A stretch of 20,868 nt of DNA from Vicugna vicugna (lineage: Eukaryota): NCBI GenBank assembly GCA_013265495.1, contig MU058793.1, positions 649,970 through 670,837 on the forward strand, in the 5' to 3' direction. Each line of letters opens with the position of its first letter. Positions within the stretch are counted from its first letter, which is position 1. Positions 1-9,459 of this stretch are shown here, one piece after another. Below the pieces are notes generated by a model. The model saw nothing but the letters and a program-made list of their open reading frames with translations. It ran no database searches and was not told where the DNA came from. The position numbers and the translations under genes were made by a program.

Positions 1-329
1 CAATTTCAAATTGAGTAATAAACCACATTGTACTGCCCACCAATAGAATAGCCTTCACCCAGTCATGCCCTCTTGTTATACTTTGGATTATACTGTGAGA
101 TGTTTTAAGAAACTACTAAACAAACCCATTACTTCATTTACTATAGGGGTGGTTTTGAGTACATCATCCACTACATTCAGTGTCCTCTCTATAAATGGCA
201 AATTAAATTTTTATTTTAGGCTTCATAAGGTTTTGTTTCCCCTGAGGAATAATAAATGGCTTTTTAAATGGACAAAACGATTTTAAAAATAGATAATATC
301 TCACTTTTTGCTTTGACTTCCAGGAGGCT

Positions 330-580
330 CAACATCAATTTTTCAACCTTAAAATTATAAGCTTATAATTGATTTACCCCCTACTCTTTCTGTTATTGTG
401 GTTTTATATTTTACTTCATATGTTATAAACACCATAAGGTAGTGTTATTGTTGTTTTAAGCAGTCAATAATCTTTTGCATATACTCATTCATGCACCTTT
501 GTAAGAGCTCTTTGTTCCTTCCTGCCTGTTCTGTTCTTCCAACTGGAAATACTTCCTTTAACCTGAAGAATTTGTTTACC
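330..580 (-). mobile_element. Old LINE-1 (L1M) fragment, probably ORF1 3' end / inter-ORF region
   Basis: T-rich sequence including 'tttgttccttcctgcctgttctgttcttccaactggaaatacttcctttaacctgaagaa' resembles antisense ancestral L1M as recalled. Boundaries approximate. Confidence 0.45.
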
Positions 581-589
581 CTTTCACCT

Positions 590-800
590 TTTGAACATTG
601 GCATTGTTTCTAGTTTTTGCTCTTATGAATGTTTGTTATCTCTCTTGCAACATATGTTTTCTTCTCTCTTGAATAAATACTTGAGGGTGGAATTGTAGGT
701 TTTATGATAAGTAACTGTACATTCAACTGTATAAGAAAGTGCCAAAATGTTTTCCAGAACTGCACCATTTTACATTCCCACCTGCGATGTTTGAGAGTCA
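590..800 (-). mobile_element. Old LINE-1 (L1MC/L1ME-like) ORF2 3' end fragment
   Basis: Contains 'ttgtttctagtttttgctcttatgaat', 'cttgaataaatacttgagggtggaattgtagg' and 'gccaaaatgttttccagaactgcaccattttacattcccacc', typical of the antisense L1 ORF2 C-terminal region. Confidence 0.75.
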
Positions 801-807
801 GATGAGT

Positions 808-1620
808 GAGTCTGTTTCTACTGGCTATTTTTTCTCTTGATTATAGATCACATTTTCCTGTTCTGTCTCATGTGTCACATTTTAATTATATGCCAGACAC
901 TCATACAAAAGAAATTAGAGAGTGAAAGTTGGTATTAACTTGCCGTTGTCAGAGAAATTGCTTGAGAGGCTAATCACCTTGGCTCAGTCAAGAATTAAGA
1001 TGAGTGGTGGCTGGAAAAAAAAAAGTAAGTACAAAATAGAAACAGACTCATAGACATAGAATACAAACTTGTGGTTGCCAAGGGGGCGGGGTGTGGGAAG
1101 GGACAGACTGGGATTTCAAAATGTAGAATAGATAAACAAGATTATACTGTATAGCACAGGGAAATATATACAAGATCTTTGTGGTGGCTCACAGCAAAAA
1201 ACAAAAAGTGACAATGAATATATGTATGTTCATGTATAACTGAAAAATTGTGCTCTACACTGGAATTTGACACAACATTGTAAAATGACTATAATTCAAT
1301 AAAAAATGTTAAAAAAAAAATAAAGTGGAAAAACAAAAATAAAAGGAAACATATATTCAAACAACAACAACAAAAAAGATGAGTGGTGGCTGGGTTGTAA
1401 CTTAGTCAGTTTTAGTCTCCCTCTGATCTGAGTTGTCCTGAGGGTAGGAAACTGTTTTGTGTGGTCATTGTTGGCCCCTTCCTTTACTAGTATTTTTAGT
1501 TCCAGGCACTGTGAGAGTGTGGCTGATTTCACTTTCCCTTCCCAGCCCAGTCCCCAGGTTCTCTTGCTGTGCCAGTGCTCATCAAAAGTCCTTTGGAGGA
1601 AAACAGATGGATGAGAAAAA
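808..1620 (-). mobile_element. Old LINE-1 (L1M) 5' region fragment, interrupted by the younger L1 at 1015-1375
   Basis: 'tatttttttctcttgattatagatcacattttcctg...ttatatgccagacac' resembles antisense L1M around the ORF1 start. Continuation beyond 1393 is less certain. Confidence 0.5.
1015..1375 (+). mobile_element. 5'-truncated lineage-specific LINE-1 3' UTR with poly(A) and 18-bp target-site duplication
   Basis: Contains 'acagactcatagacatagaatacaaacttgtggttgccaaggggg' and 'tatactgtatagcacagggaaatata', AATAAA at 1298-1303 and A10 at 1311-1320. A perfect TSD AAGATGAGTGGTGGCTGG lies at 997-1014 and 1376-1393, preceded by TT (TT/AAGA, L1 endonuclease-type site). Confidence 0.93.
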
Positions 1621-3220
1621 TAGTTCCTTGATCCAGCCTACTTTTGATAACTGTGTTATGTTAAAATGGTTTATTCATTTTAATTTTCCTTCAGTTCTTA
1701 TCTCCTAGTCTATCTATATTGCAAGGCCCTGATTTCTTTTCTATTTTGTTTTATTTCTTATATTCTTTTAAGTTGTTTCCAATGTTTGTCAACCAAGACA
1801 GGGCCTAAATATATAAACAAATAAATCTAAGGTTACTGTATTAATTGTATCACTACTCTGTGTTTTTAGAAGTGTTCTTTAAGGTCTTCAATCTTCTCCA
1901 AGAAACCACAATAGAAGATAATTTTTTTTTCAATCAATCTTGGTTTTTCAAGATCCTCACTGGAGTCTCAAGAGTGCTAAAAAACCAACATACAATTTAT
2001 TAGTAGAATCTACAATGGATGGGCAATTGTTGGCTATTGAATTGAATTCATTTTTCTGAGCCAGTCTCTTTAATGAGAAAAATGAAGGAAATAAAATGGG
2101 ACATTTAAAAACTAATAGAAATCTTGAATATAATAACTACTGACAAAGGCAATTAAGGAATGCTTTTAAAAACTTTAATAGAAATAAAGGAGAATGTTGA
2201 AATGACAGACACCCAAAGGAAAAAAGGAAATTTGTTAAATTTAACTATAGCGTTTCTTCTAATTATTTCCTCTAAATCAAAGGGAAAATTACAATTTTTA
2301 AAAATTATTATAAATAATAATCTTTGAGTTTTTCAACAAATAAATATGAATTAATATTTCTTCCTGTGTGTTTCTACTTAAGCATCCTCTTACCATCATA
2401 TGGTCCATTAATGAATTCAGAATCACGTGACCATATTTCATTACAAGGGGAAATGGGAAAAAGTCAGACTAGAAAGTTCTTTTCATTTGATTAAGGAGAT
2501 TTATAAAGGGAGGCGGAACACTCATTGAAGCTGTGGAACCCATGTCTCTAAGACACCTTTTCCATCCACCATTTTATGCTTCTATACAGGACACAGAAGC
2601 ATAGACTATAGAGAGATACATGCAGCCTAATGATACAAAATTTTCAAGGATCACAAACTACGAGGGAGAACACCACTCTGAAACGCAGTCAGATTCATTT
2701 AAGGGCAAAGAAAGCTTGCCATATGTCTCTAGCTATATGCAAGTGTTCCCTATACTGGCCAAGTAAAATTTTCCCCAGATTTCCATTCAAGAGTAGGGAA
2801 AACTTGGGTCGCAGGGCGGGGGTGAGGGGGAGTATGTAGGTAAGTGATCTTAAAAAAGGTCTTCATGTTCAATAATCTTTTTATCTGTCTGGGACTCAAA
2901 TACAGTAACAATCATCTCTTTCCTTGGACAATAATTGCTTAATCTGTCATCTGCCTATATTAGTAGGCAGTCCAGTATCTTCCTCTAAAGGCTTCTATTT
3001 GTCCTGCATGAAAGCCAGAGGCTTATTCGGAAGTGCTGGAGAGTCAGTTAAGTCTCCCAGAGCTGTCATCAATCCCCTTGTCACATGGAGAGTGTGTCAC
3101 TCTTGAATACCAGTCCTGCACAATCACATACCTACTTGCAGCCAGATTGCACAGAATATATATGTGAGCAAAACCCCAAGACCACAGGTGATCTTGCCTC
3201 ATGGTGAGTCTGTGCTGGCT

Positions 3221-3780
3221 TATGGACCTCATGATGGGTTGTCCTGAGCAGATTCCAGTGACATTGCATCTTAAAGGGAGTTGCACCTGTGAGGTTCTGA
3301 GAATATGAGTCTCTCCCAGGAAGCTTGAAAGCCTCTGTGCCAAACACCTGCCTCCATCCCCACTATGAGTTCTTCGGGATGGGCAGTCTTTGTAGATATT
3401 TATCTTGATGGTCATCTGAGCTGCCCAATGTAACAGTTTTTTCTCAGGCTTCCTCTGACATGTCCTTCTGGTCATATGTCACCCTGTTGGCCATCTTATA
3501 CTTCTTGCTCACAGCTTGATCTTGGGATCATACCAACCATTAGAAAATAATGTAGGTGTCTGCCCAGTGGCTATACCTGGGTCAGTCTTGCAGTCCACAT
3601 AGATATTTATTAAGCCAAAGGCCTCAACCTCTCCTTCTAATGTTGCATGATGGAAGTTACTTATGTGGTGACACAGTTCCTAGGGGCATGTGACTGAATT
3701 AGCCATAGCTGTAATACCACTCCTCATCTCTTACAAAAGTATACAGGAATGCAAGCCACACAGAGCAACATTATTATAGG
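3221..3780 (-). mobile_element. Ancient RTE-clade LINE remnant (L4/MamRTE-like), C-terminal part of the RT ORF
   Basis: Hand translation across frameshifts gives, in order: ILL(Y)-RDEEW (3742-3717), NFHH..IRRR..LWLNK (3658-3606), RSIRW..G.HMTR...RKPEKKLL(H)GQLR (3505-3415) and AQDNPS(W)RSI (3249-3221). This matches the RTE motif order LLYGxExW / FHxRCLRRILxIxWxDK / LRWAGHVxRM..PKxLLYGEL / AQDRxxWR. Confidence 0.65.
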
Positions 3781-3852
3781 TGGTACCTAGTCCAAGTTCA
3801 CACTGCTTGCTGCATGATAGGCCAATCAACTGAGAGATGAGGTGCTGGGAAT
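3781..3852 (-). mobile_element. ERV1-type LTR 3' (U5) end fragment, MER34/MER39-like
   Basis: 'tggtacctagtccaagttcacactgcttgctgcatgataggccaatcaactgagagatgaggtgctggg' is a CpG-decayed match to a recalled LTR end and begins with the terminal TG. Only about 70 bp remain. Confidence 0.55.
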
Positions 3853-4055
3853 GTGGGATCTGTGTTTCCAAGTCCTTTGATGTTTTCCAAGAGAAGCCTG
3901 AACTCTCAATTTTCAAGTGAAACATCCCAATTTCTAAATGTTGGCAACAAAATCAAATTTTAGTTTCTATTTTATAGATATACTTATTTATGCTAAGACA
4001 CTCTAAGTCAAACAAATTACATCTGCAGGCCACATCTACCATTTTGCAACCTTAG
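3853..4055. mobile_element. hAT-Charlie DNA transposon fragment (MER103-like)
   Basis: 'ttttccaagagaagcctgaactctcaattttcaagtgaaacatcccaatttctaaatgttggcaac' and 'caaacaaattacatctgcaggcc...ttttgcaacc' resemble the recalled MER103 consensus end. Confidence 0.65.
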
Positions 4056-4622
4056 GTCTCTGTGCCTTACCCCTCACCAAGAGTGTACACTCCTGGGAAG
4101 AGAGACGGACCAAGTATTTTTCTACAAAGCTTACAGCACTTGTCACAGAATGGAGCTCATGGAAAGCAGTCAATTTAAAACAAAAAAGACAAAATAAGGC
4201 TTGCTGAGAAATGTTAGAAACACAACAGCGACAACAGCAATTGCACAGGGCATTGTACCCACTTGGATTTGTTTTCAAGGATGTCAAAGGACCTCACCAA
4301 AACTTCCTCTTGACCAAACATGGTGACTCCCTAGAAGCTGCCTTTCCAAACCTGATAAGTTAAAGTAAGTCACACCAAATCTCTGCAATGCAGGGTCCTG
4401 CTGTCCAGAAGATGTACGAGGAGGACTATGTAGGCTCAGATTAAAGCCCCTTACCCCGCAATAGCTACTCATGGCACCCACCATATATTTCTCCCAGCCT
4501 TTTCTCATTTTCCATAGAGAGCCCCTAATCTGTACACAGCACATATCAGTGAGATTTCCGTATGATTTTAGCAAATCTCTGAAGCTATTCTGCTACTGAG
4601 TTTTATGTGTCAAAGGCATATT

Positions 4623-4956
4623 CTTTCTTTTTTTATTGAGTTATATTCATTTTACAATGTTGTGTCAATTTCTGGTGTACAGCACAATTTTTCAGTCATA
4701 TATGAATATATAGATATCCACTTTCATATTCTTTTTCACCATGAGCTACTACAAGATATTGAATATATTTCCCTGTGCTACACAGTATGAACTTCTTTAT
4801 CTATTCCATAGATACCTGTCAGTATCTACCAATCTCGAACTCCCAGTCTGTCCCTTCCCCCCCCTCTCCCCTCTGGCAACCACAAGTTTGTATTCTATGT
4901 CTGTGAGTCTGTTTCTGTTTTGTATTTAAGTTCATTTGTCTTCTTTTTTTTTTTTC
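4623..4956 (-). mobile_element. 5'-truncated lineage-specific LINE-1 3' UTR with 12-bp target-site duplication
   Basis: The reverse complement is homologous to 1015-1320 ('gaaacagactcacagacatagaatacaaacttgtggttgcca'), with a T-rich tail and TTTATT at the left end. TSD CAAAGGCATATT lies at 4611-4622 and 4957-4968. Confidence 0.92.
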
Positions 4957-5764
4957 CAAAGGCATATTTAAGGAGATGAGTGGCTTCGGCCAGCCACAGA
5001 GAAAGAAGCCCAATGCAGCTTTGGTCTCTGAGTCTACATCGGAAAAGGCAAGGTGATGATTTGTTCAGGCAGCAAAGGCTCTCAGTGTGCATTGATCAGG
5101 CATTTTTTGAGAGTCACTTAAATGGAAATGGTACATAAAACCAACATTTAATTGATTAATTTCCTTTATGAGCTAGTGACTGGTAGGACCAGAGAGTGAT
5201 GTGAACTGAAGTCTAAAGTCAAACTGATGCCAGTTGCCTGCTCCACATCCATCTCCAGCTTTAGGTTTAAAATCGGCACATCTCATGAGAGTGTTTGAGG
5301 GCGGCTGTGGGAGGAGTGGCAACAAGATCTTTGGTTGAGGAAAAGCCATCTTATTCCTTCCTCCACTGTTCCATTTCCCTGCTCATTGGCCTGCTGAACA
5401 AGGGGATACTTCTGGTTCTGTGTCTTGAATTTGACATAGAGCCCTGCAGGCTAAACAGGCTGGGGGGGTGGAGGGGTTGGCAAGGCTGATGAAAGCTCTA
5501 ATATTACCTGGTGGGAAAGTGTTATTAAGAAATCCAGGGGGAGGGTTCACTCCTCCATACCTCTATTTTATAAATCAATCAATCTAATTACCTTCCCCCA
5601 CCCCTCAAAAAAGCTTAAAAATATAGTAAGAAATCCATGGATAAGGAAGGAGAAAAGAAAGTCCCAAGGAAAGAGGTGAAGGATTTCCTTCTTAGGCTGT
5701 GACAGCAGCACACACATGATAATTTCTCCTGACGGACTTCCTCTTTTCTTATTCATTGCTTACA

Positions 5765-5866
5765 TTATACTCTGCATTTCATTTGCTATAACATTTGATC
5801 ATCAAAACAACATGAGAATGACTTTTTTTTTAAACTGATGAGCAGTTGTCTTAGAGAAGATAAATG
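5765..5866 (-). mobile_element. Degenerate MIR SINE fragment
   Basis: 'atttgatcatcaaaacaac...ttttaaactgatgagcag..tcttagagaagataaatga' resembles the antisense MIR core. Confidence 0.5.
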
Positions 5867-5874
5867 ATGATGAT

Positions 5875-6040
5875 GGAATTGCTGATTTGAAGAGTCTTTC
5901 GATATCCTTAATCCTATCCCATTTTATATATGTGGAAACTGAAGTCCAAAGAGAAAAGAATGATTTGCCCAAGTCCAGTAGGTACTTATTAGGAGAGACC
6001 AGACTAGAACTCAGACTTTCAGATCTGCAGGACCCCCATT
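5875..6040 (-). mobile_element. MIR SINE (MIR3/MIRc-like)
   Basis: 'cccattttatatatgtggaaactgaagtccaaagagaaaagaatgatttgcccaagtc...agaccagactagaactcagact' matches the antisense MIR core. Confidence 0.8.
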
Positions 6041-6544
6041 CTTGCTAAGCTGCCAAAACAAGCTTCCCTTACTCGCCCTGGTGCTGGCACTACTCAGGAC
6101 TGTGTTCTACAAATTAGTCCTTCTATCGTCCCAAATCTAAAGGCTTAATGATAAAAGGTACAGACAGGATTCAAGAAAGGTTTGTCAAGAGGTCTTTAAA
6201 GTCTTACAAAATGAAATAAGTTATGAAAGGAAAGGCAACGTAAATCAATCAAATGCCATAAATAAGAACTTTTAAGGATTCCCTGTTTGTTCAATTTTAT
6301 CCCTCTAATGCTGACAAAATTTTGCTACGTATGGGTACCCAACAGACCAAGATTAATGACTAGACCAGGATTACTTATAATTGACCTATTCATTGTTCCT
6401 ATGCAGATGGTTCTACTAAGTATGTGAAAACAATTTGCTCTCTTAAATAGGTGATCTATTCCCTACCCTCAATTTTGTTTACACTATTAATTTGCTTAGC
6501 AAACCCCTTTTTCCATATCTAGTACAAAGGTAAACTTCAGCCCA

Positions 6545-6612
6545 GCCAGAGGGTCTGAATTATTCATACATTCTAAATTAGCAGGGTCCAGATTAATGAG
6601 GTTTTACTCTAC
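6545..6612. mobile_element. Possible TcMar-Tigger terminal fragment
   Basis: Ends in 'tccagattaatgaggttttactcta', similar to a Tigger-type terminal inverted repeat followed by TA. No partner TIR found. Confidence 0.3.
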
Positions 6613-7070
6613 TTTTTATCCTCAACTACCTTCCCTTGGGGCATAGAATCATTGCTATCCTCTTTCTCCTTCCCTATTATCATAAGCTATATCCCCCAAG
6701 TGAGACCCCTTTAAAGGGGCACGTGGTTACACTCTCTCTAGGGCTGCTCTGAAGGCACAATGAGAGAAAGACAAGTGGGCACAGAGCTGCAGATTTCCCA
6801 TCGCTTCATCCTTGGTTCAGATTCTTTGCAGTAAGGAGCTGTCAAAAGCTTAACTCCCTCTTCTTCCACATATAGTATTTTTAAAAGGACTTGGGCACCA
6901 TGACGCCATTAGCTGGGGGAATAGAAGCAGAGAAAGCCGTGGAGGGCTTCTCCGATGGACCCGCTGGCGGTCATGTACTTACTTAGGGAGAATTAGGGCA
7001 CCAGTCCTGCGAGGCAGTACAGAGGGCTGGTTGGTGTGTGATCACACAAACCAACTCTTTGGTGTTAGAT

Positions 7071-7441
7071 ATTTTATTATTTATTTTTTGCATTTTATTT
7101 TTTATTGAAGTGTAGTTGATTTACAGTGTTAGTTTCAGGTGTGCAGCAAAGTGATTCAGTTGTACATATACATACATATATATTTTTTCATTTCGGATTC
7201 TTTTGCATTATATGTCATTACAAGGAATTGAATATAGTTCCCTGTGCTAAACAGTAGGTCCTTGTTGTTTATCTACTTTATACATAGTCATGTGTATCTG
7301 TTAATCCCCAAATCCTAATTTATCCCTCCCCTGACCTTTCCCCTTTGGTAACCATAGTTTGTTTTCTATGTCCATGAGTCTATTTTTGGTTTGTAAATAA
7401 AATTTGTATTATTTTTTTAGATTCCACATATAAGTGATATC
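7071..7441 (-). mobile_element. 5'-truncated LINE-1 3' end, older cetartiodactyl/laurasiatherian-type subfamily
   Basis: Contains 'tttattgaagtgtagttgatttacagtgttagtttcaggtgtgcagcaaagtgattcagtt', 'ttgaatatagttccctgtgct' and 'tttagattccacatataagtga', with a degenerate T-rich tail at the left end. No clear TSD. Confidence 0.88.
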
Positions 7442-7669
7442 GATATATTCATTTCAAACATTCATTTTTGTGCACAATTCATGAAAAACAACACTGTCCC
7501 TCCAAACAGAACTGCAGGAAAGGAGGTCTCTCTTTCTGTCTCTCTCTCTCTCTTCCCCACACTCTACCAATGTCATCTTTATGATGTGAAAATAACTATT
7601 TTGAGATTGGTGCAATCTGTGAAAACTAAAAGCAGAGAAATTATGCGTGTTTATCCAAGGTACGTATGG

Positions 7670-8035
7670 ACGCACCGGCAACAGAAGAGAGCGGACATTG
7701 TTGGGGATTAGCTGAAAGCCAGTGGCCGTATGCACGCTCATTTCCTCTTTTACTGCTTAATTCCCCCGTGATGCCATCTGATCAGTTCCCAAATGTCCCC
7801 TGGGTCTTTGCCTTAACAATCGAGCCTGGTAGGCCATTCCACACATTTGTGATTCTCCGCATGAAAAAAAATGCTTCCTGACATCTGTTCTGAATTTGTT
7901 TCTCTTTAATTTCCATTTATGCTCCCTTATCCTAACATCTGTGTCATTCTGAAAACAGTAACTCAGACTGACGTTATCTGTGCCATTTACAATTTTATAT
8001 TCCCCAGCTAGAAGTTCCTCTTAACCATGTCGTGG
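7670..8035 (-). mobile_element. Ancient CR1/L3-clade LINE 3' end (ORF2 C-terminus plus probable 3' UTR)
   Basis: The minus strand from 8020 translates EELLAGEYKIVNGTDNVSLSYCFQNDTDVRIREHKWKLKRNKFRTDVRKHFF, then after a frameshift in the A8 run at 7864-7871 MRRITNVWNGLPGSIVKAKTQGTFGN*. This matches the CR1 signature YKILNG..RTRGH..KL...FRxDxRKxFF.xRVxxxWNxLP. The UTR boundary is approximate. Confidence 0.85.
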
Positions 8036-8294
8036 ATGTGGAATTCTGGTTGATGTTCAATCCAGCGAGTGGGGCTCAGCTGTGATTTCAGAGAGTTCAG
8101 CAGATGTGTCAGCCCCCAATCCTTTCTCAATATCTTTTTTGAAAGAGAAACAGGGTGGTGGTGGTGGGGGGGCAGTGTCAAGTCTGGATAAACACAGTCT
8201 TTCAGTTGGAAACCTTTCTGCTGAGGCCTTCCCCCGGCCCTCCAGGCAGAGGTGAACTTTACTCTTAGTATGCTAAGGCTTACCCGCCCACCTT

Positions 8295-8378
8295 TCTGAT
8301 ATTCACTTTCTAATGCAATCCAGAGCCTAAGATGTTTCATGCACTCAGGAAACGTTTGTTGGATGAATGCATGAGTCA
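8295..8378 (+). mobile_element. L2 LINE 3' terminal fragment
   Basis: 'ttcactttctaatgcaatccagagcctaag...gcactcaggaaacgtttgttggatgaatgcatga' resembles the L2 3' end with a degenerate (TGAA)n tail. Confidence 0.6.
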
Positions 8379-8809
8379 AAGAATGTAGGGCGGTGGGAAG
8401 GAAGAATGAAAGGAAGGTTGGTTGTTCCTTAGAAAACCAAAGACAGCAAGATCAAAAACTCCGTCAGTTCTAAATCAATTATGTCCTTCTGAACTGTATC
8501 TGCTTGTTGGGGCTGTTATTTGGATGCTCAAAATTTCTCCCCTAGCCTACAGCCCCTACTCTCCAGGTAAATTCTCTCCAATGGGCTTGACAAGCTCATT
8601 CGATACCCAGGTTATTTACATAAATTCTCATCCTTGCTAGAGAAGGCTGTTTTCTAGACACCACCATGTTATTTGTTCATGGTCCCCACATCTGTATCCT
8701 CCCTTTCATCTCTGCCTCTAAGCTTAAAAGCATGCATCCGAAACACGTTCTGAGATCCAAGGGCACCCCACCAAGAGTAAAAGGGCCTTTCATTTTAGAA
8801 AAATAACAC

Positions 8810-9380
8810 AGTCACTCAAGAAATGTTCATCTGTTGCACAATTACTACATAACAGGCATGGCGCTACACGCTCAGAATACAATGAGAAAGAACAGGCATA
8901 GTCTCCATCCTGATGGGACTTCAGGTCTAGTGGGGCAGGCAGAAAAAAAAGCACAATTCAGCAAGCAAATCAAATTAACCTCCAACTGCACGTTGTGACC
9001 AATGTTATGAAGGAGAGGAGCAGGGACTGCGAGAGGGAATGAGGGAACAGCTGTTTTTAGGCTGAGTGATCAAGAAGCAATCGCAAAATATATCTATCCC
9101 AATAAATATGGAGCAAAAGTAGCCAAGGGCATCGTGGCCTGTGGGCTGGTCAAATGTAGAAGTTACTATGAGCCACATGTTGGTGCAGGAGAGACAGGGC
9201 AAAGAGATGTCAAAAGGCATCCTCTATCACGGCGGCAGAGATGGATCCAGCTCTACCTGTGATAATGGGAGTGGAGAAACCAAGTCTTTGCTTGTTTTCA
9301 AATATGAAACAGTCGGCAAAACATTGTCATTAAAGCTGAAAGAAAGGAGAGGTTGATGAAAGCTGGAGATGTCAAGAAAG
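8810..9380 (-). mobile_element. L2 LINE fragment
   Basis: 'tactacataacaggcatggcgctacacgctcagaataca...gacttcaggtctagtggggcaggcag...aatgttatgaaggag' resembles the antisense L2 3' region. Sequence beyond about 9090 is more degenerate. Confidence 0.65.
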
Positions 9381-9459
9381 GCTTTGAGAAAGAGAAGGGA
9401 CTTACACAGGGCTGAAAGGGTAAGAAGGTAAAAACAAACAAACAAAAAAGCCCTGTCTT

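Noticed and set aside
353..370. Perfect 18-bp palindrome AATTATAAGCTTATAATT
   Set aside because: It is AT-rich, isolated and at the edge of an old L1 fragment, so it is plausible by chance in a window this size.
3044..3475. 143-aa ORF as a host gene or processed pseudogene
   Set aside because: I could not match a host protein, and its N-terminal part is better explained by RTE RT motifs.
6957..6973. CTCF-like sequence on the minus strand (TGACCGCCAGCGGGTCC)
   Set aside because: It has several mismatches in the core and cannot be supported without a PWM scan or ChIP data.
7060..7455. TSD for the L1 fragment at 7071-7441
   Set aside because: There is only a loose 'gatatt'/'gatatatt' resemblance in low-complexity sequence.
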